This document shows, one piece after another, positions 1 through 10,179 of a stretch of DNA of 64,000 nt; within the stretch, counting starts at the first letter, position 1, and each line of letters opens with the position of its first letter. A model generated the notes under the pieces. That model did not search any database. It saw only the letters and a program-made list of their open reading frames with translations, and was not told the DNA's origin. A program made the translations under genes and the position numbers. Source of the stretch: Verrucomicrobiota bacterium. Its GTDB lineage: Bacteria > Verrucomicrobiota > Verrucomicrobiia > Opitutales > Seribacteraceae. The DNA lies in contig JAQBYT010000002.1 in the NCBI GenBank assembly GCA_027622665.1, forward strand, positions 324,266 to 388,265. The letters are read 5' to 3'.

Positions 1-3000
1 GAGGTGGAGAAGGCCAACTTCAAGTTGCTTCCGGGTTATGAGGTGAACCTCTTCGCCCAGGAGCCCATGCTGGCGAATCCGATACACATGACCTGGGATG
101 CCCGTGGACGCCTTTGGGTGGCCTGTTCCTGGGCCTATCCGCAGTTGAAGCCGGGCGAGGTGGCCGACGACAAGATCATCATACTCGAAGATACCGACGG
201 CGACGGCAAGGCCGACAAGTCCACCGTTTTCGCCGACGGTCTTTACATGCCCACGGGTATCGAACTGGCCAACGGCGGATGCTACGTCGCTCAAACTCCG
301 GACGTGTTCTTCCTCAAGGATACCGACGGCGACGACGTCGCCGACGTCAAGGAGCTGCCCTTGACCGGTTTTGGCATCGAGGACTCGCACCACAGCATAA
401 GCGCTTGGCGACGTGGTCCCGGCGGCTGGATCTATTTTCAGGAAGGCATCTTCTTGCACTCCCAAGTGGAGACCCTCTACGGGGTCGTCCGCAACTACAA
501 TGGGGGCGTCTATCAGTACAACCCGCGCACTCGCGATCTCCGCATCTTCGCCCGCATCGGGGTAGGCAACCCATGGGGCCACGTCTTCGACCGCTGGGGG
601 CAATCCTTCTTCATCGATAATCCCCGCGTCAGCTATCTTTCGCCCGCCACCGGCAACAGTGGGCAGCGCGTCCGCATGGCGAACTTGATCAGCACCGAGA
701 AGCAGTGCGGAGGAGACCTCGCGACCGGCACCCATTTTCCGGACGAGATTCGCGGACAGTTGCTCACTTGTCGCTTCAAGAGTCGGGCCATCATTCGCTA
801 CGAGTTCATGGAAAAGGGCTCCGGGTTCACCGCCAACGTGCTGCCTCCGCTAATCTCCTCCAGTCACCCGAATTTTCGACCCGTCGACTGCAAGATCGGT
901 CCCGATGGCGCCCTCTACGTTGCCGACTGGTACAACCCCATCATTAACCACGCCAAGCACAACTTTCGCGACCCGCGCCGCGACAAGGACCATGGGCGCG
1001 TCTGGCGCATCACCGCCAAGGATCGTCCACTTGTCAAGAAACCGAAACTGGTCGACGCCACCATTGCCCAAGTGGTCGACCATCTTAAGAGCCCCGAGCA
1101 ATGGACCCGCCATCAGGCCCGCAACGTATTGGCCGAGCGTGATCGAGATGCAGTGGCCAAGGAAATCGCCAACTGGGTGAACAAGCTCGATCCAAAGGAT
1201 CCGGAACACGACCATCACCTCGTCGAGGCCATGTGGGCTTGTCAAAACGTCGAGCGTCCCAGCGAAGACATCTTACTGCGGGTGCTGTCGGCCAAGGACG
1301 GTCATGCCCGCTCCGCCGGGGCCCGCGTCATTCGGTACTGGCATCAGAAACTCGCCGATCCCGTCGCCCTCCTCGCCAAGGCCGCCGCCGATCCCTTCCC
1401 CCGCACCCGCATGGAAGCCATCCTCTCGGCTGGCTACGTGCCGAAAGCCGAAGCTTTCAGTGCCGCCCTCGTCGCTCTCGACCATCCCCGCGACGTGGCC
1501 ATCGACATTGCCCTCCCGCAAACCGTTAATGCCCTTGAGAGCTTGTGGCGTCCGCTCCTCGAGGCAAACAAGCTGAAGTTCGACAAGGATTCCCACCGCG
1601 ACTTCGCCGAACGCGAGGCCGGCATCGGCTTCGAAAAACGTCTCGGCGAGTATTTAAAGAAGAAATCCCCCGGACTAGATGAGACTCGCTCCATCATCGA
1701 CCGACTCGTTTCCGACGCGAACCTCAAGCAGGCTCGCATGGTGGTCGACGCCGTGTCCCGCAAAAAGCCCGATGCCGACCCTCGCGTTATGGTCGTCATG
1801 CTGGAAGGTCTCGCGAAGATCGGACGCAAGGGTGATTTCTCCCTTGGTCAAAGGATTCATTCACTGAAGAAACTCCTGAACCATCCTGATGACGGGGTTG
1901 CCGCTGCCACCGCAACCAACCTCGGTGCTTGGCAACTCAAGGGAGCCGATCCTGACCTCCTGAAGATTTTGGGTGACTCCACCCGCGCCGACTCCGTACG
2001 TCGGGCCGCTTCCGTCTCCTTGGGCCAACTGCTCGGCTCCAATGCCGCCGAAACACTTCGCAAACTCGCTTTCGAGGGCAATTCCGCCGACCGCTACTTC
2101 GCCGTATTCGGACTCGCCGAAAGTGATATGCTTCTTGCTGCCAAGGCCACTGCCGAACTCCTTGTTCTTGATCCAGGTCAATCCGACCCGGTTGCCCTCG
2201 TCCAAGTTTTCACTCGCCGCAACAAAGGAGCCGACTTCCTGATCGAGGCCCTCGATCGAAAGAAGCCACACCTCAAGGCCATTGATCGCCTTTCCGACTA
2301 CCATCGACGCACCGGTCAATTGCCCCGTGCCCTAGCCCAAATCTTCCAAGCACCCGTCCCGCGATCCCTATCCGCTCTTCTCATCAAGGAGAATCGAAAA
2401 GAACTCACTGCCGCGGTGGACAAGGACGGGGATTCCGTACGTGGCGAAAATATCTTTCGGCGCAAGGAACTCGCCTGCTTCAGTTGCCACGCCATCGGCC
2501 CCATCGGATCCCACATCGGTCCCAACTTGGTGGCGGTGGGTGCGGCCGCCCAGACGGACTATATGGTCGAGGCCATACTGGAGCCGAACAAAGCGATAGC
2601 TCAGCACTACGAAAACAAACTGATCCAGCTTGCCGACGGCAGGATCCACATGGGATCCATTACCTATAAAAGCGATAAGGAAGTCGTCATTCGTGATTCC
2701 GCCCAAGGCGGCAAGGAAGTAAAGCTTCCCATGAGCGAAGTCCGTAAAATGAGACCCATGCCTTCCCTGATGCCGGCCGGCCTTGCCGACCAGTTGAAGA
2801 CTCGCGGTGAATTTCTCGACCTCACTAAGTTCATTTCCCTCCTCGGCCGCCCCGGTCCCTATGCCAACGACGAAAGCCCCGTCATCCGAAAATGGAAGGT
2901 AGCCCCCGGCAGCGACAAGCCACCCGCTTCCGACACCCTATGGTCAACCGCCTACAGCATGGTCGATGGTGTTTTGCCTCACGAAGACCTCGGTCCCGGC

Positions 3001-3261
3001 GAAATCATCTACGCCCAAGGCGCCGTCGACGTCCGGGTGGCCGGCCCCGTGAAGCTACAATTGAACAGCCCCAAGGGACTGAAGCTATGGATAGACGACC
3101 GCCCCTTCAACGATCTCGCCGCAGTCATCGACTTAACCGCTGGTCGACATACCCTAACCTTCGCCATCCAACGCAACAAACGTTCGGCATCGGGCCTTCG
3201 AGCCGAACTTTCCACCCCACCCGGCTCTCCCGCCAAGTACCAACTCGAAGGCGGGCTGTGA
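1..3261 (+). CDS. PVC-type heme-binding CxxCH protein (glucose/sorbosone dehydrogenase-like propeller + HEAT repeats + cytochrome c), 5'-partial
   Basis: Frame is open from position 1. EDTDGDGKAD and GPDGALYVADWY propeller motifs, helical HEAT-like region, CFSCH heme motif followed by GPNL and SLMP. Confidence 0.85.
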   Translation, partial: EVEKANFKLLPGYEVNLFAQEPMLANPIHMTWDARGRLWVACSWAYPQLKPGEVADDKIIILEDTDGDGKADKSTVFADGLYMPTGIELANGGCYVAQTPDVFFLKDTDGDDVADVKELPLTGFGIEDSHHSISAWRRGPGGWIYFQEGIFLHSQVETLYGVVRNYNGGVYQYNPRTRDLRIFARIGVGNPWGHVFDRWGQSFFIDNPRVSYLSPATGNSGQRVRMANLISTEKQCGGDLATGTHFPDEIRGQLLTCRFKSRAIIRYEFMEKGSGFTANVLPPLISSSHPNFRPVDCKIGPDGALYVADWYNPIINHAKHNFRDPRRDKDHGRVWRITAKDRPLVKKPKLVDATIAQVVDHLKSPEQWTRHQARNVLAERDRDAVAKEIANWVNKLDPKDPEHDHHLVEAMWACQNVERPSEDILLRVLSAKDGHARSAGARVIRYWHQKLADPVALLAKAAADPFPRTRMEAILSAGYVPKAEAFSAALVALDHPRDVAIDIALPQTVNALESLWRPLLEANKLKFDKDSHRDFAEREAGIGFEKRLGEYLKKKSPGLDETRSIIDRLVSDANLKQARMVVDAVSRKKPDADPRVMVVMLEGLAKIGRKGDFSLGQRIHSLKKLLNHPDDGVAAATATNLGAWQLKGADPDLLKILGDSTRADSVRRAASVSLGQLLGSNAAETLRKLAFEGNSADRYFAVFGLAESDMLLAAKATAELLVLDPGQSDPVALVQVFTRRNKGADFLIEALDRKKPHLKAIDRLSDYHRRTGQLPRALAQIFQAPVPRSLSALLIKENRKELTAAVDKDGDSVRGENIFRRKELACFSCHAIGPIGSHIGPNLVAVGAAAQTDYMVEAILEPNKAIAQHYENKLIQLADGRIHMGSITYKSDKEVVIRDSAQGGKEVKLPMSEVRKMRPMPSLMPAGLADQLKTRGEFLDLTKFISLLGRPGPYANDESPVIRKWKVAPGSDKPPASDTLWSTAYSMVDGVLPHEDLGPGEIIYAQGAVDVRVAGPVKLQLNSPKGLKLWIDDRPFNDLAAVIDLTAGRHTLTFAIQRNKRSASGLRAELSTPPGSPAKYQLEGGL

Positions 3262-3368
3262 GGGCAGGGGAAGATAGCTTTCTCTAGAACTGGTGTGGTG
3301 GTCGCACCTCGGGCGGTAATCGTCGCGAACACTTGCCTTTCTGCCGGGTTGTCTTTTCAAGTGCTGTA

Positions 3369-4073
3369 ATGAAGTCGATCGTCGTGCATTCAGGTGGAAT
3401 GGACTCCACCGTCCTGCTGTACAAGCTGGCGGCCGATGGGGATGAATTGAAGACTCTCTCGATCAACTACGGTCAGCGCCATGCCAAGGAAATCGATTAT
3501 GCCCGTACCCTTTCCGAAGGACTAGGGGTGGAGCATCGGGTGGCCGACTTGCGGTCACTCACCGAACTTCTGGGCGGGAGCGCTCTCACATCTTCCGAGA
3601 TCGAAGTCCCCGAGGGCCATTACGCGGAGGACAACATGAAGGCCACCGTGGTTCCCAACCGCAACATGATCCTTCTTTCCGTTGCCGCCGGCTGGGCAAT
3701 ATCGTCGGAGTTCGATCGGGTGGCCTATGCCGCCCATTCCGGGGATCACGCTATTTATCCCGATTGCCGGACAGAGTTTGCCGACGCCCTCGATTCCGCC
3801 ATTCGCCTCGCCGATTGGCGAGAGGTCTCCCTTTATCGTCCCTTCGTCGATCTCACCAAGTCCGACGTCGTATCTCTCGGGGCGAAGCTGAACGTTCCCT
3901 TCGAAAACACTTGGTCCTGCTACAAGGGGCTCGAGCTTCATTGCGGTCTTTGCGGTACCTGCGTCGAGAGAAGAGAGGCCTTTCACCTAGCAGAGGTTAG
4001 TGATCTCACCGCTTACGCTCCTGAGGCTCCTTCCGTTGAGGAAATGGTGGCCGCAGACTGGAAACTCACATAG
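3369..4073 (+). CDS. queC: 7-cyano-7-deazaguanine synthase
   Basis: SGGMDS PP-loop, YGQRH, VPNRN, YPDCR and SCY...CGLCGTC zinc motif. Start placed at ATG 3369. Confidence 0.95.
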   Translation: MKSIVVHSGGMDSTVLLYKLAADGDELKTLSINYGQRHAKEIDYARTLSEGLGVEHRVADLRSLTELLGGSALTSSEIEVPEGHYAEDNMKATVVPNRNMILLSVAAGWAISSEFDRVAYAAHSGDHAIYPDCRTEFADALDSAIRLADWREVSLYRPFVDLTKSDVVSLGAKLNVPFENTWSCYKGLELHCGLCGTCVERREAFHLAEVSDLTAYAPEAPSVEEMVAADWKLT

Positions 4074-4142
4074 CCCCTCCGCTTGGTGATTTGGGTTTAA
4101 CTTTTCTTTCCCAACCCTTAGGCTGTCATTTTTTCTCCGGCC

Positions 4143-4691
4143 ATGCTCACTTGCTCCAAGATCTACCGAGACATCCCGCTCTCCCATCGCCAACCCCGTC
4201 ACCCCGGGCGTTGCTCACGCATCCACGGGCACAGTTGGACCATCACCATTACTTTTGCCGGCGACGAACTCGACGAAAACGGCTTTATCGTAGACTTCGG
4301 GGAACTTCACTACCTCTCCGACTGGATCGACGAAAACCTCGACCATGCCACGGTACTCGCTTCCGACGATCCTCGCCTCGACGAGCTACAAGCCCTCGCC
4401 GCTTCCGGCCTCCTGAAGATCCATCTCGTCGACAGCGCCTCATGCGAGGGGATCGCACGCCATCTATTCGATGTCTTCTCCGCCATGGTTAGTGAAAACA
4501 CCGAAGGACGAGTGCACATCGTTTCCGTCGAACTTCACGAGGACTCCCGCAATTCCGCCCTCTATCGCCCCGACCCCACTCAGCAGTCCTCCACGGAAAC
4601 TGTTTCCGAGAAAGCCTTGGCTCGTCTGAGCAAGGGTCACGATCTCGGTGGCGAACAACCTCTCGGTCGCGACGAAGCACATGCCCGATGA
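4143..4691 (+). CDS. queD: 6-carboxytetrahydropterin synthase
   Basis: CSRIHGHSW (CxxxHGH), DFG, LDH motifs; lies between queC and queE. Confidence 0.9.
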   Translation: MLTCSKIYRDIPLSHRQPRHPGRCSRIHGHSWTITITFAGDELDENGFIVDFGELHYLSDWIDENLDHATVLASDDPRLDELQALAASGLLKIHLVDSASCEGIARHLFDVFSAMVSENTEGRVHIVSVELHEDSRNSALYRPDPTQQSSTETVSEKALARLSKGHDLGGEQPLGRDEAHAR

Positions 4692-5427
4692 CAGTTGTTC
4701 CGCCGAAACAACGTTTCCGAACCGGATGACAACCCTTCCCGTAAACGAGCGCTTTCACACTTGGCAGGGTGAGGGCTGCCACCTCGGCAAGTCCGCCTAC
4801 TTCATACGGCTTCAAGGCTGCCCCGTGAAATGCCCGTGGTGCGACTCCGCCGGTACCTGGCATCCCGATCACCTTCCCGAAGAGGTCGAGAAGGCCGAGC
4901 CCGAAGCTCTCGCCGAGGCCGCCTTCGCTTCCGGTTGCGAGATCGTCGTCCTCACCGGCGGCGAACCCGCCGTGCACGATCTCCACGAGCTCACTTACGC
5001 CCTCGGCATTCGTTCCCTCCCCGTCCATCTGGAGACCTGCGGCGCTTTTCCCATTCGCGGCGCCTTCGACTGGATCACTCTTTCCCCCAAGTGGGACGCT
5101 CTTCCTCTCGACGAAAACCTAGCTGAGGCTCACGAGCTGAAGATCATCGTGGAGGACGAAACCTCCATCGAGAAATGGGTGGCCGAACTGGAAGGTCGCC
5201 ACCAAATCGAAAACGTTTGGCTCCACCCTGAGTGGTCCCTCCTTAACGACGAATCCCGCAAGCCTCAAGGCGAAGCCGTCCTCGCGATCATCTCCGAATG
5301 GGTCAAGGAGCATGGATCCCCCTACCGTGCCGGTTACCAATTGCACAAAGTCTACGACGTCGACCGCCTCGACCCTGCATCCCGCCCCCTCGTCCCACTC
5401 GGGGGCGACCCCGAACGGGGTATTTGA
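4681..5427 (+). CDS. queE: 7-carboxy-7-deazaguanine synthase (radical SAM)
   Basis: QGEG, CPVKCPWCD radical SAM motif, LTGGEP, SPK, QLHK. Start is 4681 or 4726. Confidence 0.92.
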   Translation: MPDDSCSAETTFPNRMTTLPVNERFHTWQGEGCHLGKSAYFIRLQGCPVKCPWCDSAGTWHPDHLPEEVEKAEPEALAEAAFASGCEIVVLTGGEPAVHDLHELTYALGIRSLPVHLETCGAFPIRGAFDWITLSPKWDALPLDENLAEAHELKIIVEDETSIEKWVAELEGRHQIENVWLHPEWSLLNDESRKPQGEAVLAIISEWVKEHGSPYRAGYQLHKVYDVDRLDPASRPLVPLGGDPERGI

Positions 5428-5550
5428 GCAGGTGTTTTATGTGTCCGACTTCGATGCTGCTCCAAGGAAATCGGAAGATTTTCAACTGCCGATCAAAATC
5501 GTTGCTTTTTCTTTAATGTTTTTCGATCATCTTTTTGTTTAGGCTGAACC

Positions 5551-8028
5551 ATGGACACTCGTCATCTTATTCGTTCTCTCCTCTTTTCCGCACTCGCGAC
5601 CTGTATTGCTCAGGCCGCCGACTTTCATGCCCCCGCTCCCTTTGTCAAGATCATGGAGCGCGCCTTTACCAAGAGCTGGACTCCGCAAGCCGTCTCCGCC
5701 ATCGAGAACCGTTCCCACATCTTGCTACTCGACGCCGAAACTAAACAGCTTTGCCTCACCGTGACCAGTGGCAACCTGGAAGGGTTTGAAGTGTCCGCCG
5801 TTAGTTCGCTTAACGACGGCACCGGTACTTACGGCAAGATCTTGCGTTCCATGTTTCAATTGCAGGATCTGAATATTGAAAATCAAGCCACCATGTCCTT
5901 GAGCGGTACCTATACCATTCGACCCGAACTGAAGATCTATTATGGCATAGATGCCAATGCATCCGCCGGTACTTCCACGGCACAGTCGCTTCTGATCAAT
6001 CGCATCAAGGGCGTCGACCTGTCGGACTATTCCAATCCCGGTCACTTGGTTTTTACCTTCAGCGGTTCCCCAAGCTCTGCCAAGATTCAGGCCTCCACTC
6101 GATATGTGTACGACTCCTCCTCAAAAGCCTTGGTCCAAGATTCATCTTGGTCGGCAAATCATTGGATTCGGATGGATGCCGACGGCGTGCGTCTGGTTAC
6201 TACGGAATCCGAGGCCACCGGCTTCTTTTTTGCCTCCGCTTACGATCTACTTGATTTTGCGAACCAGACCGGTGAATCCTTCAACCCCGCCGGTATCGAC
6301 TGGCAAACCAATTCCTTTGCCGCTTGGCCGGAAAACCCGGGCACCGGAGAGATCGAGGTCAACTCGATCTCCGAAAGCCAACTCAATGGGCCCGATGGGC
6401 TCGCCTACAAAGACATCGATGCCAACTACCGCGAACAATTTGGTTCCGGCGCGGAAGCCACCGCGATCGCATCTGCATACCTCGACCAAATCGAAGCGGC
6501 CTTGGCCAATGCGGGGGAATCCCTTCGTTATCCCAAGGAGCTCTATCTTGCCGTCCGGGAAAATATGCTTTCCCACACTTTCGCCGCCGTCGATGAAGTA
6601 AACGCAGAGCTCGGAGAGTCCACCATCCCCTACGTCTACTTCACCAATGCTCAAGACTCCTCGGGAGTCTATCACCCCTTCATGGTGGTGGGCACGCGCA
6701 ACGGAACGGGAGGTCCGAATTTCCTCATCGACGTCGCCCGCCCTCCCGGGGATGGAATCTCCGGAGGCTATGAAGACCAGACCGTTACCCGTAACGCCGT
6801 CCTGACCAGCGCCCTCTATCGAATTCCGCTCAAGGACTATGGTGTCGTGGACACCCTCCTCGACAACGACCTGAGTTCCTACAACTCGCTTGCCCAAGAC
6901 GCCGGGGTCTCCACTGCGGAATACGACGTTTACAACTACGCGTCTTATTCGGCCAGCGGTGTCGCCGTAGACGGCGTCAAAATCTACCCCTCTTACAACA
7001 ACACCCTGGTCTTCGCGCCCGTCAATGCCGAGATCACCTCCACCGGAGTCCACGTCGGGCGCGGCATGGGGCTCCATTACCACGCCGATGGGCATGGCTA
7101 TAATGGAAGTGGCGTCAACCTATACAACCTCGAGGACTACGAGGGGCGCTCTCATCCTCCCGTCATCGGGTTCGCCATGGATGGTATGGCTATCTATGGG
7201 AAATACGAAAGCGGCCATTCCTCCATGGATGGATATGGAGATGCCCTAGACGACTTCGGCAGTCACGACCACGACGATTATGGCCGCCACTACCACACCT
7301 TCTCCAAGCAAGTGAGCAGTGAATCGAAAGGGCAAACCACTTCCTTTACCCAGCATTTTTACATGGTCGGCGCCTATCGCGGCAAAATCAATGAAATCCC
7401 CGACTTTCAGAATGGAGGAACCAACCAGCTGAAGGACGCCACGCTGGGCAAGTACGTCGGTGTGGACGGATCTTACGTCACCACCACCTTTGATATTTCA
7501 GGTTCCACCCTCGCCACCTACCTTGTGACCGTATCCGAAACCGTCGGTGGATCAGTCGCAGGGGGTGGTTCACACGAGTCCGGAACCACGATCACCCTAA
7601 CCCCCACTGCGGACAGCGGGTACGCTTTCAGCGGATGGGGTGGGGATGCCGCAGGATCAAGCAACCCGCTCACTCTCACCGTGGACGGCAACCTCACAAT
7701 ATCCGCCGGTTTTGCGGCCAACGATCTCTGGTCGGCTGCAAGTTCCCTTGGGAATGGGTGGTATTCCTTGTCCGGCTTATTCGGGACTTATTATGCGAGC
7801 AACGCAACCTGGATTTATCATCAGGGAATGGGGTGGCTCTATCCGGCCAACGAAGGCCAGACTTCCGTTTGGTTCTACATGTCCGGTCGCGGCTGGCTTT
7901 ATATGGAAACGGAACAATTTCCCTATCTTTACGATCACAACGCAGGGGACTGGGTCTACTACGCCGAGATAAACGATCAACCAAGTCTATACGAATACGC
8001 CAACCAGGCATGGGTTCTCATTGAGTGA
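5551..8028 (+). CDS. Secreted YHYH-domain protein with InlB B-repeat-like domain and Trp/Tyr-rich C-terminal domain
   Basis: Signal peptide; GVAVDGV, LHYHADG, IGFAMDGMAIYG and HYH motifs; GYAFSGWGGD repeat domain; WIYH..GWLY C-terminus. Confidence 0.7.
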   Translation: MDTRHLIRSLLFSALATCIAQAADFHAPAPFVKIMERAFTKSWTPQAVSAIENRSHILLLDAETKQLCLTVTSGNLEGFEVSAVSSLNDGTGTYGKILRSMFQLQDLNIENQATMSLSGTYTIRPELKIYYGIDANASAGTSTAQSLLINRIKGVDLSDYSNPGHLVFTFSGSPSSAKIQASTRYVYDSSSKALVQDSSWSANHWIRMDADGVRLVTTESEATGFFFASAYDLLDFANQTGESFNPAGIDWQTNSFAAWPENPGTGEIEVNSISESQLNGPDGLAYKDIDANYREQFGSGAEATAIASAYLDQIEAALANAGESLRYPKELYLAVRENMLSHTFAAVDEVNAELGESTIPYVYFTNAQDSSGVYHPFMVVGTRNGTGGPNFLIDVARPPGDGISGGYEDQTVTRNAVLTSALYRIPLKDYGVVDTLLDNDLSSYNSLAQDAGVSTAEYDVYNYASYSASGVAVDGVKIYPSYNNTLVFAPVNAEITSTGVHVGRGMGLHYHADGHGYNGSGVNLYNLEDYEGRSHPPVIGFAMDGMAIYGKYESGHSSMDGYGDALDDFGSHDHDDYGRHYHTFSKQVSSESKGQTTSFTQHFYMVGAYRGKINEIPDFQNGGTNQLKDATLGKYVGVDGSYVTTTFDISGSTLATYLVTVSETVGGSVAGGGSHESGTTITLTPTADSGYAFSGWGGDAAGSSNPLTLTVDGNLTISAGFAANDLWSAASSLGNGWYSLSGLFGTYYASNATWIYHQGMGWLYPANEGQTSVWFYMSGRGWLYMETEQFPYLYDHNAGDWVYYAEINDQPSLYEYANQAWVLIE

Positions 8029-8295
8029 CCTGAGCAAATCTCTTCTTTACCGGTTTTGCTAATCGAGCGACCAAGGTTTCTACCCCTTTGAATAATGAGA
8101 GCTAGATGGGCGTAATCGTAAACTTAGGATAGAGACCCGCTATTATTAGGCAAACATGGGTCAACTCGTTCCTGATTTACTTCCCGCTAGACATCTTTTC
8201 CCATTCATTTCTCCCGAGTTTTTGCAATTTACGAAAAATAGGATTTAATAGATAATTCCTAAATGATCATTAGCATGCCCGTCTTATAAGATATC

Positions 8296-8622
8296 TTGTC
8301 CATTCTGGTTTTCGCTTCCATCATTTTTGTTTGGGGTGTTCGATACAATAACATCAAGGATGAGTTTAAGCATTTTAACCTTCCCACCTGGGTCAGGGAT
8401 ATGGTCGGGATTTTTAAATTCAGCTTCGCGATCATGCTCTTCAACGATAATCCGGAAGTGGTTCGAATCGGTGCTTTGGGAATTGCAGTTCTTATGATTG
8501 CCGCCTTGTTCACCCACATCCGATTGAAGAGCGCTCAACCCAAGATGCTTCCTTCCTTTTTTCTATTGTGCACCTGCTTGGCTATTGCCTACATGAGCGC
8601 CCAACTGCATCTCGCCGGCTGA
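8296..8622 (+). CDS. DoxX-family membrane protein (start uncertain; in-frame TAA at 8287)
   Basis: Hydrophobic ORF with EFKHFNLP and MIAALFTH motifs. Confidence 0.65.
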   Translation: MSILVFASIIFVWGVRYNNIKDEFKHFNLPTWVRDMVGIFKFSFAIMLFNDNPEVVRIGALGIAVLMIAALFTHIRLKSAQPKMLPSFFLLCTCLAIAYMSAQLHLAG

Positions 8623-8629
8623 ACCCTCC

Positions 8630-8989
8630 ATGTCCTACCTGCAAGTATCACTTCAGGTTTTACTTTTCCTAACCTTTGCCCTCGGTGGAGCTTATCGCTT
8701 TTTTCAACCTATCGACAAGCTTGCCAAACGAATGCTCTGGGTCACCTATTTCAATCCCCGAATCGTTCGTTCAATTGCCTTGGTTGAAGTAATCTGCGGA
8801 ATCGGCATCATTATTCCCTTGTTTCTACCCGATTCTTCCTTTGCCTTCATTTTATATTCCGGTTGCCTTCTCATGGCCACAATGATCGGAGCTGTCGTCA
8901 CCCATGCTTGTATCGGGGACTACAAACAAATATTAGGAAACCTCTTACTCTTCGGCATGCTCTATCTAGTTACTTTCCCGGTCATTTGA
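8630..8989 (+). CDS. DoxX-family membrane protein
   Basis: Four hydrophobic segments; EVICGIGIIIP and MIGAVVTH. Confidence 0.75.
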   Translation: MSYLQVSLQVLLFLTFALGGAYRFFQPIDKLAKRMLWVTYFNPRIVRSIALVEVICGIGIIIPLFLPDSSFAFILYSGCLLMATMIGAVVTHACIGDYKQILGNLLLFGMLYLVTFPVI

Positions 8990-8996
8990 AAATCCA

Positions 8997-9054
8997 ACCT
9001 CGAAGAACTTTGGTATGAGTTGAATCGGCATCCGGTTCATGCGTTTGCGGATTG
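8997..9054 (+). repeat. Displaced copy of the 5' end of the GIY-YIG gene (direct repeat of 10187-10244)
   Basis: 54/58 nt identical by manual alignment. Confidence 0.92.
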
Positions 9055-9149
9055 TCTGCAATTGTTTGGACGAAGTTTTGGTGAAGCTGTCCTGAATTCT
9101 CTTTGCCTTGAAGCTTGTTGGATAATGAAAAGGATACGATTGATACGTC

Positions 9150-9178
9150 TTGTAAACCGTTAAGTAACACTTTATGGT
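9150..9178 (+). promoter_or_regulatory. Candidate sigma70 promoter for the fic gene
   Basis: TTGTAA-N17-TATGGT ending 7 nt before ATG 9186; GTTA-AG-TAAC dyad in the spacer. Confidence 0.4.
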
Positions 9179-9185
9179 TTGGTCT

Positions 9186-10169
9186 ATGAAAATATCTCGT
9201 TTGAGAGAAAAGAAGGAGCTGCTTGATAGCTATAGACCCTTGCCCGCCGTCCTCGTTAAAAATCTGGAGGATTGGTTCCGGGTGGAGCTCACCTACACAA
9301 GCAACGCGATCGAGGGTAATACGCTCACCCGCAGGGAAACGGCCCTAGTTGTTGAAAAAGGTCTTACGGTTGGAGGGAAAACTCTAGTCGAACACTTGGA
9401 GGCAACGAACCATGCCCATGCCTTGGATTGGGTTCGTCAACAAGCATCTCGTTCCGCTCGGAAACTCACGGAGAAAGATGTCTTGAGCATTCACGAAATC
9501 ATTCTGAAAGGGATTGATTCTGCAAATACCGGATTTTATAGAAGCGTTCCCGTTCGAATTTCCGGCTCCACCGTGGTTCTTCCCAATCCTCGAAAAGTTC
9601 CTGATTTAATGGAAGCATTCGTGACCTGGTTGAAGCAAGGACCGGATCTACATCCCGTGGAATTGGCTGCCGAAGCTCACTACCGTCTCGACACCATTCA
9701 CCCCTTTGCGGACGGCAATGGAAGAACCGCCCGATTACTGATGAATTTAATTCTGTTAATGACGGGATATCCCACCGCAATCATCCGAAAACTTGACCGT
9801 GAGGCGTACCTGGGCGCTCTGGAAAAAGCCCAGCTTGGTGGATCCCAAGACGATTACCTGCAACTCATCTATAAAGCCGTTAACCGCTCGTTGGACATCT
9901 ATCTTCGGGCTGCTCGGGGGGAAGATGCCGAAGGCGAAGTCGACGACTCCCTGCTCAAGATCGGCGAACTGGCCAAACGCACGGGAGAGAACAATTCGAC
10001 CATCCGTTATTGGACGAAAGAAGGCTTGCTTGAAGTCGCGGAAGTTACGGAAAGCGGTTATCAATTGTATTCTCCTGAAATGATCAAACGCGTGGAACAG
10101 ATCTACTTCCTCAAAAAGGAAAGACTCACCTTGCAGGAAATAAAAGAGAGAATTTCTCAAACGGAATAG
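9186..10169 (+). CDS. Fic-family protein with C-terminal MerR-type HTH
   Basis: HPFADGNGRTAR Fic motif; SNAIEGN inhibitory motif; LKIGELAKRTG...IRYW..EGLL MerR HTH. Confidence 0.9.
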   Translation: MKISRLREKKELLDSYRPLPAVLVKNLEDWFRVELTYTSNAIEGNTLTRRETALVVEKGLTVGGKTLVEHLEATNHAHALDWVRQQASRSARKLTEKDVLSIHEIILKGIDSANTGFYRSVPVRISGSTVVLPNPRKVPDLMEAFVTWLKQGPDLHPVELAAEAHYRLDTIHPFADGNGRTARLLMNLILLMTGYPTAIIRKLDREAYLGALEKAQLGGSQDDYLQLIYKAVNRSLDIYLRAARGEDAEGEVDDSLLKIGELAKRTGENNSTIRYWTKEGLLEVAEVTESGYQLYSPEMIKRVEQIYFLKKERLTLQEIKERISQTE

Positions 10170-10179
10170 CGTGCTCCCA

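Noticed and set aside
3262..3368. preQ1 riboswitch upstream of queC
   Set aside because: No recognisable preQ1-I stem-loop with an A-rich tail is visible; an Rfam search would be needed to exclude other classes.
9061..9074. 14-mer ATTGTTTGGACGAA shared with 51976-51989, each next to a displaced gene end
   Set aside because: A single 14-nt match within 64 kb can arise by chance and the flanks do not extend the alignment.
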